DNA of 64,000 nt from Gemmatimonadota bacterium (GTDB lineage: Bacteria > Gemmatimonadota > Gemmatimonadetes > Gemmatimonadales > GWC2-71-9). A model generated the notes under the pieces. That model searched no databases and was not told the DNA's origin. It saw nothing but the letters and a program-made list of their open reading frames with translations. The stretch lies in the NCBI GenBank assembly GCA_039586365.1, contig JBDHKN010000033.1, positions 1 to 64,000 on the forward strand. Direction: 5' to 3'. Every line of letters starts with the position of its first letter. The first letter of the stretch is position 1. Position numbers and translations under genes: made by a program. Of the stretch, positions 27,325-37,417 are shown piece after piece.

Positions 27325-29298
27325 ATGCCTTTCCTTCGCTTGCGTAACGAGCGTTCGGGTGAGATCCATGAGTTCGCTTGTACGGAAGTCGGCGTCGGGC
27401 GGGACCCTGGCCTGCAGCTGTCGATGGCAGATGAGGGCCGCAAGGTCGTGTCCGCACATCACGCTCGCCTGTTCCACCGAGACAATGGCTGGTGGATAGA
27501 GGATTCCGGTAGCCGCAACGGCACGTTCCTCGACGACCAGCGTCTCGCAGCAAGATCCCCACGACCCGTGACTCCCGGCGGAATCATCAGGCTGGGCAGG
27601 ACTGGACCCCGCTACTCGGTTCAGGCTGTAACGGAAGCCCGGTCGTCGACCACCCTATTGGAGGGTGATGTGCCGGTGAGTCCGTCAGCTCCCACTGTGC
27701 CGCTCGAGGTAGTGACGGCTGATCCCGCATCGATAGCTGAGCCGCCGAAGCGGGGACCGCGTCTGGTGCTGTTTGCCGAGAGCACCGGGGAGCGGATGGA
27801 AGCACATGGGCCGCGCACGCGGATCGGTCGTGCCAAGGAGTGCGAGCTGCGTCCAGTTGCTGATAATGACACCTCGATATCCCGCATGCATGCCGAGATC
27901 GAGTGGCGGCGTGATGGATCGCTGGTCGTGCGGGATCTCGGGAGTCGCAACGGTACCTACGTAAACGGCACCAGGGTCGACGACGAGCACCCACTCAAGC
28001 TCGGAGATCGTCTCTCACTCGGGCCCACCGGACCGACGTTCCTCATAGAGGAACTGCAGGAGATGGTGGCAGCTGTGCCGCCGAGCAGTCGGGGAAGCAA
28101 GCGAGGCACGCTCTTCTTCCAGAACCTGATCGAGGAGTCGAATCGCAAGACTAGGGCACGCATAAGATGGATCGTGTGGACCTTCGTGTTCCTCCTCGCT
28201 GGCGCAGTGGGCGTGATGTATTGGATCAGTGAGCAAAAGGTGCGTGAGACCACAGCCCGACTTGAGGAGCAGTCGAGGTTGCTCGCCGAGCAGGGAGCGG
28301 TTGCGGATTCGCTGCGCCGCGCTGCCGCGGATGAGTACGAGCGGCTGCGTGAAGAGCTGGAGCAGGCTCGTCAGTCCGCCGCGCCTGCAACGGTGTTGGA
28401 CAGTCTACGTGACGCGCTGACCGAGGCACGTCAACGCACCGACGCGCTAGAGGTGAATCTGTTGCAGGCCCAAGAGTCCCTCAACCGGCAACTGGCAGTC
28501 GGTGACTCCTTGCAGCGGGCCGCGCAACAAGAGTTGCTGAGAGTCAGGTCCGAGTTGAACAGAGCCGTTGGCTCGCGGGAGTCAGCTGCTCTACTCGACA
28601 GCCTGCGACAGGCGGTGAGACTGGCTGAGGAACAGGCCGGCGACATGGAAGCGCGGCTGCGGGCGGTCAAGGGTTCTGATCTGTCAGCAGTGATTCAGGC
28701 GAACACAGACGCAGTTGGCTTGGTGACCGCGTTCTTCCGGTCGGGCCAGTTCGAAGGCTCTGGCTTCGTTCTCGCACCATCAGGCCACTACGTGACCAAC
28801 CGTCACGTCGTCGTACTGGATGGACAGTGGCCGGACTCGGTGTACGTCATCATGAATGAACAGCGCCGGAGGTTACGGGCTGACGTGATCAACGTTGGGG
28901 CACCGGACGGACCGGACCTGGCTGTTCTCAGAATCCGCGACTATTCAGGCCCGTACGTGAGGAGTGTGGACTGGACAGGGCACAAGATGGAACTTGGCGA
29001 GCCGGCTGCATTGATCGGCTTCCCGGCAGGAATGGCTATGGCACTGGATGAAGATTTGACGGTTCGCGTGTCCGTCAACGCCGGGATATTCAGCAAGGTC
29101 GAATCAGAACGAGTCCAGTTCGACGGGTTCACTATCAGTGGTTCGAGCGGAAGCCCCATCTTCAATGCGGACGGTGATGTCGTGGCCGTTCACCGAGCTG
29201 GCCTCAAGGATGCAGTCGGCATGGGGTTCGCCGTCAAGATCGGCCTGTTGATTCCCTTGTTGCCTTCTCAAGTGAAGGCGGAGCTCGGGCTGCCATAG
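27325..29298 (+). CDS. Double-FHA / TM / coiled-coil / trypsin-like serine protease
   Basis: Two FHA signatures (GR...SAHHA...SRNGT; GR...SRMHA...SRNGT), one TM, triad TNRHVV, PDLAVL, GSSGSP. Confidence 0.9.
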   Translation: MPFLRLRNERSGEIHEFACTEVGVGRDPGLQLSMADEGRKVVSAHHARLFHRDNGWWIEDSGSRNGTFLDDQRLAARSPRPVTPGGIIRLGRTGPRYSVQAVTEARSSTTLLEGDVPVSPSAPTVPLEVVTADPASIAEPPKRGPRLVLFAESTGERMEAHGPRTRIGRAKECELRPVADNDTSISRMHAEIEWRRDGSLVVRDLGSRNGTYVNGTRVDDEHPLKLGDRLSLGPTGPTFLIEELQEMVAAVPPSSRGSKRGTLFFQNLIEESNRKTRARIRWIVWTFVFLLAGAVGVMYWISEQKVRETTARLEEQSRLLAEQGAVADSLRRAAADEYERLREELEQARQSAAPATVLDSLRDALTEARQRTDALEVNLLQAQESLNRQLAVGDSLQRAAQQELLRVRSELNRAVGSRESAALLDSLRQAVRLAEEQAGDMEARLRAVKGSDLSAVIQANTDAVGLVTAFFRSGQFEGSGFVLAPSGHYVTNRHVVVLDGQWPDSVYVIMNEQRRRLRADVINVGAPDGPDLAVLRIRDYSGPYVRSVDWTGHKMELGEPAALIGFPAGMAMALDEDLTVRVSVNAGIFSKVESERVQFDGFTISGSSGSPIFNADGDVVAVHRAGLKDAVGMGFAVKIGLLIPLLPSQVKAELGLP

Positions 29299-29432
29299 GG
29301 CTCGGGGTCTTCGGCTTGGGACGGAATCCCGTGGGTCTGACCGACCGTACGCATGACTGTCGGGATGGTCTGGTGAGCCTGGGGTTGCCGTATGGGATGA
29401 GCGGGCAGCTGGGAGATGTCGTCTGCTGCGGC

Positions 29433-30314
29433 TTAGGTTTGAGGGAGTTGGGTGCGGCGGCGTCGAGTTACGGTGTGGGGGTCGAGCGCGTCGCGGGCAC
29501 CGTCTCCCAGCAAGTTGCATCCTACTACTGCCAGGACGACCATCAAGCCCGGGAACGTGGCGATCCAGGGAGCGTTCACGAGTGCTTCGCGGCCCCCTGC
29601 AATCATGTTGCCCCAGGATGGTGCAGGTGGAGGGATACCCAGACCCAAAAAGGAAAGACCGGCTTCCAGCATGATGGCGTTGCCCACACCGAGCGCGGCC
29701 GCGACGAAGACCGGTGTCAGAGCGTTGGGCAGGAGATGGAGCGCCAGCAGCCTGATGTGACCCAATCCAGCAGCGCGGGCGGCCGTCACAAATGGTCGTT
29801 CCATAAGACTTTTTGTCTCAGCGCGCGTGAGGCGCGCGATTCCCATCCAACCGGTGAATCCCAGGACCAGCACGACCAGGGTGAGGCTCGATTCCCACAG
29901 TGTCACCAGTGCGAGCAGCAGCACCAGCCGGGGCAGCGCTAGCGCAGCGTCCGTCAGAGCCATGAGCGCGCGCTCGACCGCTCCCTCTGCGTACGCTGCG
30001 ACCAGCCCTACTCCGGTCCCGAGCGTCACCGATACCGCCACCGACATGAAACCGACAGCGAGCGATATGCGTGCCCCAAACAGGATGCGGGACAGCAGGT
30101 CACGGCCAAAGCGGTCGGTACCCAGCCAATGCATGATCCCGTCGGGCCCGACTGACAGTGGAGGAATGAAGCGGGTCCGCAGAACGTCTTGTTGGACCGT
30201 CGGGTCGGATCCGGCGATAAGCGGAGCCAATAGTCCAAGCAGACACAGGCCGGCGAGGATGGTGAGGCCGGTGGCCGAACGGCGGTCTTCGAACAGGGCC
30301 TGGAGTGTCTTCAC
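29433..30314 (-). CDS. Peptide/nickel ABC transporter permease (DppC/OppC-like)
   Basis: LGTDRFGRD, HLLPN, EAGLSFLGLG, NLLGDG. Confidence 0.93.
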   Translation of the reverse strand: MKTLQALFEDRRSATGLTILAGLCLLGLLAPLIAGSDPTVQQDVLRTRFIPPLSVGPDGIMHWLGTDRFGRDLLSRILFGARISLAVGFMSVAVSVTLGTGVGLVAAYAEGAVERALMALTDAALALPRLVLLLALVTLWESSLTLVVLVLGFTGWMGIARLTRAETKSLMERPFVTAARAAGLGHIRLLALHLLPNALTPVFVAAALGVGNAIMLEAGLSFLGLGIPPPAPSWGNMIAGGREALVNAPWIATFPGLMVVLAVVGCNLLGDGARDALDPHTVTRRRRTQLPQT

Positions 30315-31303
30315 CCGTCACTCCCTATGCGTGGATCGGCCAGCGCGTAGAGGGCATCGGCGAGGAGATTCCCAAGTACAACCAACATGGCGAATACTGC
30401 GGTCGTTGCCATTACGACGGGATAGTCTCGTCCACCGACCGCATCGACCATTACCCTGCCCATTCCGGGCCACGCGAAGATGACCTCAACGAACACCGTT
30501 CCCGAGAACAACGCAGGCAGAGAGAGGCCCAACAGGGTGATTATCGGTAGCAGTGCGTTGCGCAGGACGTGTCGGATTTCAACGACTAACGGTCTCACTC
30601 CCTTGGCACGGGCGGTTCGCACGAACGGGAGCGGCCTGACATCCAACACGGCACCACGCACGAATCGCGCGGTACCCGCAATGCCGATCGCAGCAAGAGT
30701 GACGAGTGGAAGAGCGAGGTGTCTGAGGCGATCGGCGACCCGGCCCCAGGGTCCGAGGAATTCCGCGTCCAGTGAGGTGACTCCCATGGCGGGGAACTGC
30801 AGCCATGCGGGCCAACCGAACCTGGCCGAAAGGTATGAGAACACCAACACCAGCATGATCGCGAGCCAATAGGCCGGCATGCCATAGATTACGAGGGTCG
30901 AAATGGTGAGTCCTGTGTCGAGAGCGCTACGTTGACGGATAGCCTGCACAGCACCAACCAGAATGCCTCCAAGGTAGGTCAGCAACAGTGAACTGGCCGA
31001 GAGGAGCAGCGTGTGGGGCAAGGCAGCTAAGATCACTCGCACGGCGGAGCGCTGCTGTACCAGGCTGACGCCCCAGTCGCCGCGAATGAAGTCCGCCAGC
31101 CAAGATACGTAGCGCGCTGAGAGCGGCTTGTCGAGCCCGAGGGCACGGCGTGCATTCGCGATTTCCTCTGCACCAGCTCCCGGCGCTACCCAGAGGCGAA
31201 CCGGGTCGCCGGGCGCGAGGTGAATTAACAGAAAGGTGGCCGTGACTACGAAGAACACGATACCCAGGCCCAAGCTGATGCGACGCACGAGTTGGCGGAG
31301 CAT
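30311..31303 (-). CDS. Peptide/nickel ABC transporter permease (DppB/OppB-like)
   Basis: PGDP, TARAKG, HVLRNALLP, FAWPGMG, RDYPVV, DPRI. Confidence 0.93.
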   Translation of the reverse strand: MLRQLVRRISLGLGIVFFVVTATFLLIHLAPGDPVRLWVAPGAGAEEIANARRALGLDKPLSARYVSWLADFIRGDWGVSLVQQRSAVRVILAALPHTLLLSASSLLLTYLGGILVGAVQAIRQRSALDTGLTISTLVIYGMPAYWLAIMLVLVFSYLSARFGWPAWLQFPAMGVTSLDAEFLGPWGRVADRLRHLALPLVTLAAIGIAGTARFVRGAVLDVRPLPFVRTARAKGVRPLVVEIRHVLRNALLPIITLLGLSLPALFSGTVFVEVIFAWPGMGRVMVDAVGGRDYPVVMATTAVFAMLVVLGNLLADALYALADPRIGSDG

Positions 31304-31343
31304 GCGCTACTGTTGCGCCCTGTGGGGGTGTGCGTCAAGGGAC

Positions 31344-32909
31344 ATGACCGTTTTCATTGCAGCTGGGGTCCTTTGTGTCATCCTCTCCTCTTGCGGGCCG
31401 GCATCGTCCGGTGAGCGTCGGGCCACAGTAGTCTATGCTTCAGGAGCTGATCTCCAGTCTATCAATCCACTGCTGACCGTCCACCCACTAGCTAAGGCTG
31501 TGCAAAAGCACGTTCTGTTCACGACCTTAGCAGCATACGATGCGGAGTTCCAGCCGATCCCGCGCTTGGCCGAATGGGCCTGGAACGAAGACAGAAACAC
31601 GCTCACCTTTCGGCTTCGTGCCGACGTGTGGTGGCACGACGGGGTCCCAACCCGGGCACGTGACGTTGTGTGGACGATTCAGTCGGCGCTCGATCCGGTG
31701 GTTGCCTATCCGAGGCGCCGGGACCTTGCGACGATCACATTGGTGCGAGAAGTGGACTCGCTCACTGTGCTGCTGCATTTTGAACGGCCCCAACCCGTCT
31801 TTCCGGACGTGCTCACCGACCTCGCGATCCTGCCGGTGCACCGCTTGGGAGCGTTGGCACCCTTGGAACTCCGCACGGCTCAGTTCAACCGGGCTCCGGT
31901 TGGCAACGGTCCGTTCCGATTCGTCGAGTACTGGCCGAACTAGAGGTGGATCTTTCGGCGCTCTGAAATGTTCCCAGCTGATCTGGGTCGGCCGGAGATC
32001 GAGCAGTTTGTGGTAGTGGTGGTTGACGAGCCAACGACCAAACTGGCCGCGCTCACATCGGGAGAGCTGGACTTCGCGGGCATCAGTCCCGCGCACGCGT
32101 CATTCGTCAACCGCGATCCAAGGTTGCAGGCTATCGACTATCCGATTCAGCTCGTATACGCCATCGTTTGGAATCTGAGGCGACCGCCGCTTGACGACGT
32201 GCGAGTGAGGCGGGCTCTAGCAGCAGCGCTCGATCGGCGACTGATTGTGGATGCATATATCTACGGTTTCGGAATCGTGGCCGATGGTCCGGTACCGCCA
32301 GAACACCCGTGGTACGTTGAGGTTGAGGCGATTCCGTTCGATCGTGACCGGGCCATTGATCTACTGGAACAAGCGGGCTGGCACCTGGGAGCGGGTGGCG
32401 TGCGACACAAGGGTGCGGAGAGACTTGCAATCGATCTGATGACTGTGGGCAGCGGTGACGCGCCGTTGGAGCAGATGATTCAAGCTCAACTGAGGAGTGT
32501 TGGCGTGGAGGTCAGCATCCACCAGTTCGAGCTCACTACCTTTCTGGCGAGGGCGCAATCACCCGAACGCGACTTCGACGCGCTGGTCACGGGCATCCCC
32601 GGGGACTTCTCGCTGGGGTACGTTGCCGCCATGTTCGAGAGTACTGATCCTGGGCCGCTTGCCTACCCGGGATACGGTAGTGTCGATTTGGATCTTGCCC
32701 TGCGGAGAGCGCGCGATGCGGCTTCGGAGCCTGAGCTGAGATCGGCTTGGCACGAAGTACAACGAAAACTCGCTCGCGGCTATCCGTGCACATGGTTATA
32801 CCACGCTAGGGGCTTACAGGGCGCGAACCGCCGCATCTCGAATGCTGGAATCGATCTTCGCGGTGAGCTGGCGGGGATCGCAAGCTGGCGGTTGGGAGAC
32901 ACGCCATGA
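31344..32909 (+). pseudogene. Family 5 (DppA/OppA-like) substrate-binding lipoprotein interrupted by an in-frame TAG at 31941-31943
   Basis: LSSC lipobox, WHDG, PVGNGPF. ORFs 31236-31943 and 31968-32909 share a frame and read EYWPN*RWIFRRSEMFP. Confidence 0.8.
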
Positions 32910-33928
32910 CGGCGCACTCACGGGCACCTCTGCGACTCGATTTTGCGGGAGGATGGTCGGACGTGGCGGACTTTGCCGACCGGGAAGGTGGTACGGTCGT
33001 CAACGCCGCGGTGAACATCTTCGTGCACGTAGATTTCCTGCTCGGCGGGAACCGGATTCGATTGCATGCCGAAGATATGGGCGAGCACCTGACGGTGGAG
33101 TCGCCTGCTCTTATCGAATACGACGGTAAACTCGATCTTCACAAAGCGGCTCTCAACCTGCTCCCCATCACGGGTGGCATCGAGATACTGTCTCGCTCCG
33201 ATGCACCACCCGGATCGGGGTTAGGGGGGTCCGGTGCCTTGGACGTGGCACTTCTTGCTGGACTGGCACACTGTAGACAGGAGTCCTACGAGCCAGCCGA
33301 GTTGGCCGAACTCGGTTTCGTCCTAGAGGCGGGTGAGCTGGGCTTGCTCGGCGGGAAGCAGGATCAGTATGCCGCGGCCCTGGGTGGCTTCCACCAGCTC
33401 GATTTCGAGCACGGCTCGGTGCGGGTCCGCAGTCTTTCCATTTCCGAATCGGCGGCGCAAGACCTGGGGCGGCATCTGGTTCTGCTGTACACGGGAAGGA
33501 CGCACTTCTCGTCTCAGACCCATGCCCGAGTCTGGGACTCGTTCCACGGAGGCAACGCCACGGTTGCCGGAGCCATCCGCGCCATGCGAGACGTAGCTCG
33601 TCTGGTCGGACCCGTGCTGGAGTCCGGGGATTGGCGCCGCTTGGGTGAATTGATGGACGAGACCTGGCGCAACCAGCAGTTGCTGGATGCCACCATGTTT
33701 ACGGCGGCAATTCGTGCCGTGGACTTTGCCGTCCGTGAAGCAGGTGCATGGGGACTCAAAGCTACTGGAGCCGGTGCTGGAGGTTGCATGGTCGTGATCT
33801 GTCCCCCCGAGCGGTGTGATGCCGTGGCTGGCGCCGCACGCGCCCACGGTGCGGAGGTGCTCCCGTACGACTTCACGTTCGAGGGCGTGAGAGTGTGGCA
33901 GCGAGACGATGCAGCTCCTCACATCTGA
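32906..33928 (+). CDS. GHMP-family sugar kinase (HddA/fucokinase-like)
   Basis: APLRLDFAGGWSD, PPGSGLGGSG, GGKQDQY, GAGAGG. Confidence 0.9.
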   Translation: MTAHSRAPLRLDFAGGWSDVADFADREGGTVVNAAVNIFVHVDFLLGGNRIRLHAEDMGEHLTVESPALIEYDGKLDLHKAALNLLPITGGIEILSRSDAPPGSGLGGSGALDVALLAGLAHCRQESYEPAELAELGFVLEAGELGLLGGKQDQYAAALGGFHQLDFEHGSVRVRSLSISESAAQDLGRHLVLLYTGRTHFSSQTHARVWDSFHGGNATVAGAIRAMRDVARLVGPVLESGDWRRLGELMDETWRNQQLLDATMFTAAIRAVDFAVREAGAWGLKATGAGAGGCMVVICPPERCDAVAGAARAHGAEVLPYDFTFEGVRVWQRDDAAPHI

Positions 33929-36692
33929 AGCGATCGATTGCCGCCGTCTGGAATTGCAGAATTCGTCAGAACTGCGCAATCTGGCGGATCGGCTCAAGCG
34001 TCTGATTGCGCCCTTGCTCGAAGGGCCAATGTACTTTCCCGAACAGAAAGCACTGCTGTCGCGTGACGGGGGAGTCTGCGTGGCCGACGGGAGTCGCCTT
34101 GGGTTTGATCCACTCGAGCCGCAGCGACATCGCTGTCCTCGCTGCGGTAGGGTGCATGAGGGCGAGCGCCACCACCGCGCCTGGGTGTGGCGCTACCACA
34201 TATGGCTTTCCGAACGAGCGATACACCTGTCTCTGCTTGGCCTCCTCAATGACCAGCCCGAGTTGCTCGAGCGGGCCCGCTACATTGTCGATCTCTACTC
34301 AGAGCGCTACGCGGACTTCCCCAACAGCGACAACGTGCTCGGTCCGACGCGGCTGTTTTTCTCGACGTACTTGGAGTCCATTTGGCTGATCCAACTGATC
34401 ATTGCTGCGTCACTGTTGCGGACCAGGCCAACGGCAAGAACTTCCAGCTGGGCGCCATTCAATCGCATCGTGCGGCAGTCAGCGGATCTGATTGCTTCGT
34501 TCGATGAAGGTTGGTCGAACCGCCAGGTATGGAACGATACAGCAATGATAGCCGCCGGACTCTGGCTTGGTGGTCTGCCTGAGTCACCGGGTCAGTTGGA
34601 TCGCCCTGACCGACGTGCTCGACATCCCATGCTGGTGCAGGGGCTCGACGGGACTCATGGCATCAGGGCCCAGCTCGTGCAAGCGGTGAGTGAAGAAGGC
34701 ATGTGGTGTGAGGGTGAGAACTACCACTTCTTCGCGCTGCGCGGATTCCTGCTCGCCGCCGAGCTGTTGCGGACCCTGGGAATCGACCTCTATGGCCCCG
34801 AGGACTCGGCCGATCGCCTGCGGGACATGTACACTGCACCGCTCCTGACCACCCTGCCAGACCTCAGCTTGCCGGCAAGGGGTGACTCACCGTTCGCAGT
34901 GTCGCTCCTGCAGCCGCGCTTCGCCGAACTGTGGGAGATCGGTTGGGCTCGAACAGGCGATGACCGGTTGGAAAGTATTCTCGCCCACCTCTATTCGTGT
35001 GATGCAGCAGAGAGTAGCGACCCCGGCCTTGCCGAGATGGCTGAGCAGGAACAGAACCGGCCACCACAGAGACTCAGTCGCGAGCTACTTGGCTGGAAGG
35101 CACTCTGTTGGATGAGTCCGCGACGGCCGAGCGCACCCGAGGAGATGTGGCAACGCGACTCTGTACTCCTGCCTGGCAGTGGACTCGCCGTACTGCGTAC
35201 CGCCCGGAACCGCTACGTAAGCGTTGAGTGCGGTAGACGGCAAGCCGGCCACGGGCATCCGGATCTGCTGCATGTCACGCTCCACTGGGACTGGCCGCTG
35301 TTAGTGGACATGGGAACCGGGTCCTACGTGTCGCCGTCGCTGCATTGGTACAGGTCTGCACTGGCGCACAACGCTCCAGGGATCTCCGGCATCGGCCAAG
35401 TGGAACGCAACGGTTGGTGCGCGGCATTCGATCATGTGGGGGAGTGGGCATGGTGTCGTGTTGTCGCCGAAGATCTGTTGGGGAACGAGACTGAGGCCGT
35501 GCGCACGGTAGTGATTGGACCATCTAGTGTGTTGGATGTGGTAGAGGTTCTCGTTGGAGAGGAGAATCCGATCGAGCTGCCGATTCACACGATGGGTCGT
35601 GTCCCATTGGTGCTCGCACAGGTGGCATCCGATTTAGGGTTGGGCGTGCGGAGCGACGATGTCTTGGGATCTGTGATCGATATCGGCGCGCCGAAGGTAG
35701 CACGCGAGGTGGGCAATCGGTTAGGGGTCCTTCTGCTGTCTCGTATGGGCGAACAGCTGTACATGGTCGAGCGACGGGGCCCACCAGATATTCAGTTTGC
35801 CGATGGTCCACCGTGCGCCTTCGTGATCCGCCGAGCCAGGGGGAGTGGGGTGTGGGTGCAGTGCTATAATGTGGGAACCGATTCGCCGACGCGAGTGAGT
35901 AATCGCGAGGCCGAGATTGTGCTCGAGTATGCTGACGCATCGCACGAGCTAGTCGAGATCGCACCTGAGCGTTGCCGCATAGTCGATCGTCATGGAGGAC
36001 GGCATGAGCTCGGCGGAGTGCAGCCAAAGCCCGTAACAACAGCCAGAGCCCGAACCACCGGTCCGGTGATCGAGTGTCCCCGGGTCCCGAAGCTACCGGA
36101 TGTGGCTGCTTGGGAATCACAACTGCCTCCTGCAGCAATACTGGTTTTGGGAGCCGAAAACCACCGGCGGTCTGAGCTGGAATACGGTTCGGCTGGTGAG
36201 TTCAGGGCCAAGGTCGCCGTGTTTGTGAGCGGTACTGACGTGTGTTACGCAGCGGACGTAGTGAAACGCCACCTCTGTGTTCGTCGCCCTGAAGATCCGG
36301 ATCCGGAACTCGACAATGAGGTAGCCGACATTCACTCAGACGGGCTCCAGTGTTATCTGGGTGTGGATAGTTGGAGCGGCTTCTTGCTGTTGCCCGATCT
36401 CGATTCACCAATCATGCGCGGAGCAGTTGTTGCCGGAACGGCGGGAGAGCTATCGAATCTCGAAGCGGAGTGGACTAGGACGGACGAAGGCTACCGGGCG
36501 CTGGTCCGGGTCAACATTGGACGGGAGTTGCAGCCGGGCGCGAGATTCCCAGTCAATCTGGTGGTGAACGAGATGTATCCGGGACGCACACGCAGAGCAG
36601 GGCAGTTGGCGTTGGCGGGCGGTGGCGGTTGGGTGTACTTGAGAGGAGACCGTGAGGATCCGGTGTTGGCTGCCGTGGCGGAGGTCGTGTGA
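33909..36692 (+). CDS. Heparinase II/III-like polysaccharide lyase-type protein with possible C-terminal CBM9/DOMON-like domain; no signal peptide
   Basis: WCEGENYHFFAL, GHGHPD, DMGTGSY, LAHN; N-terminal C...CPRC. Confidence 0.75.
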   Translation: MQLLTSEAIDCRRLELQNSSELRNLADRLKRLIAPLLEGPMYFPEQKALLSRDGGVCVADGSRLGFDPLEPQRHRCPRCGRVHEGERHHRAWVWRYHIWLSERAIHLSLLGLLNDQPELLERARYIVDLYSERYADFPNSDNVLGPTRLFFSTYLESIWLIQLIIAASLLRTRPTARTSSWAPFNRIVRQSADLIASFDEGWSNRQVWNDTAMIAAGLWLGGLPESPGQLDRPDRRARHPMLVQGLDGTHGIRAQLVQAVSEEGMWCEGENYHFFALRGFLLAAELLRTLGIDLYGPEDSADRLRDMYTAPLLTTLPDLSLPARGDSPFAVSLLQPRFAELWEIGWARTGDDRLESILAHLYSCDAAESSDPGLAEMAEQEQNRPPQRLSRELLGWKALCWMSPRRPSAPEEMWQRDSVLLPGSGLAVLRTARNRYVSVECGRRQAGHGHPDLLHVTLHWDWPLLVDMGTGSYVSPSLHWYRSALAHNAPGISGIGQVERNGWCAAFDHVGEWAWCRVVAEDLLGNETEAVRTVVIGPSSVLDVVEVLVGEENPIELPIHTMGRVPLVLAQVASDLGLGVRSDDVLGSVIDIGAPKVAREVGNRLGVLLLSRMGEQLYMVERRGPPDIQFADGPPCAFVIRRARGSGVWVQCYNVGTDSPTRVSNREAEIVLEYADASHELVEIAPERCRIVDRHGGRHELGGVQPKPVTTARARTTGPVIECPRVPKLPDVAAWESQLPPAAILVLGAENHRRSELEYGSAGEFRAKVAVFVSGTDVCYAADVVKRHLCVRRPEDPDPELDNEVADIHSDGLQCYLGVDSWSGFLLLPDLDSPIMRGAVVAGTAGELSNLEAEWTRTDEGYRALVRVNIGRELQPGARFPVNLVVNEMYPGRTRRAGQLALAGGGGWVYLRGDREDPVLAAVAEVV

Positions 36693-37417
36693 ACCTAGTC
36701 GTTATTCTCAACGAGACACAGGACCTGGTGAATGTCGCCAGCGTTGTGAGGGCGATGAAGAATTTCGGCCTGAGTGATCTCAGGTTGGTGGCCCCAGCGG
36801 AGGAGGTCGAGACGCGTCGCATCATGGGGATCGCTCACGGGAGCGACGACTTGGTCAAGCGGATTCGGACGTTCGAGGATCTCGATGAAGCGCTGGAGGA
36901 CCGCACCTACGTCGTGGGAATGACCGCACGGCAGCGGGCTGCGAAGCGAAACATGCAGCGCCCAGCAGAGGCTGCGCGAGGCCTGTTGGCGGCTGCTTCG
37001 GACGGAGCAGCGGGACTCCTGCTTGGGCGCGAGGACCGTGGGCTCACCAATGAGCAACTGGATCGCTGCCACCGTATCGTGACCATTCCGACGAATCCAA
37101 GCTATGCAGCTCTCAATCTTGCGCAGGCCTTCACGATCATGGCATACGAACTCTTCGTTGCCCGTGAGGATCCGGAGTTCAAGTCCCCTCGGCGCGATGC
37201 TCCTCCGGCCACGTACGAGCAGCTGGAGCAGCTCTTCGAGCGCGCCGAAGCTGCGCTTGCAGCTATCGAATTCTTCAAGACGCGCCAGACCGCGAGCATC
37301 ATGCGTACCGTACGGGAAGTGGCGCACCGCACTCCGCTGGATGCTCGCGAAGTCAATCTGCTCCGAGCCATGTCCATCGAAGTCGTTCGCTTCCTCGAAC
37401 GAAAGGGCGTGCGGTGA
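36689..37417 (+). CDS. trmJ: TrmJ/LasT-family SPOUT RNA methyltransferase
   Basis: NVASVVRAMKNFG, GMTAR, GREDRGLTNEQL, LNLAQA. Confidence 0.88.
   Translation: MNLVVILNETQDLVNVASVVRAMKNFGLSDLRLVAPAEEVETRRIMGIAHGSDDLVKRIRTFEDLDEALEDRTYVVGMTARQRAAKRNMQRPAEAARGLLAAASDGAAGLLLGREDRGLTNEQLDRCHRIVTIPTNPSYAALNLAQAFTIMAYELFVAREDPEFKSPRRDAPPATYEQLEQLFERAEAALAAIEFFKTRQTASIMRTVREVAHRTPLDAREVNLLRAMSIEVVRFLERKGVR

Noticed and set aside
31941..31943. TAG recoding (pyrrolysine or alternative genetic code)
   Set aside because: TAG ends many intact genes here (bcrD, bcrB, actA, actF, xdhC), no pyl genes are visible, and a single CAG-to-TAG change is simpler.
36689..37417. TrmJ as a dedicated enzyme of the orphan pathway
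   Set aside because: Motifs are those of an ordinary SPOUT tRNA methyltransferase; likely a housekeeping passenger.
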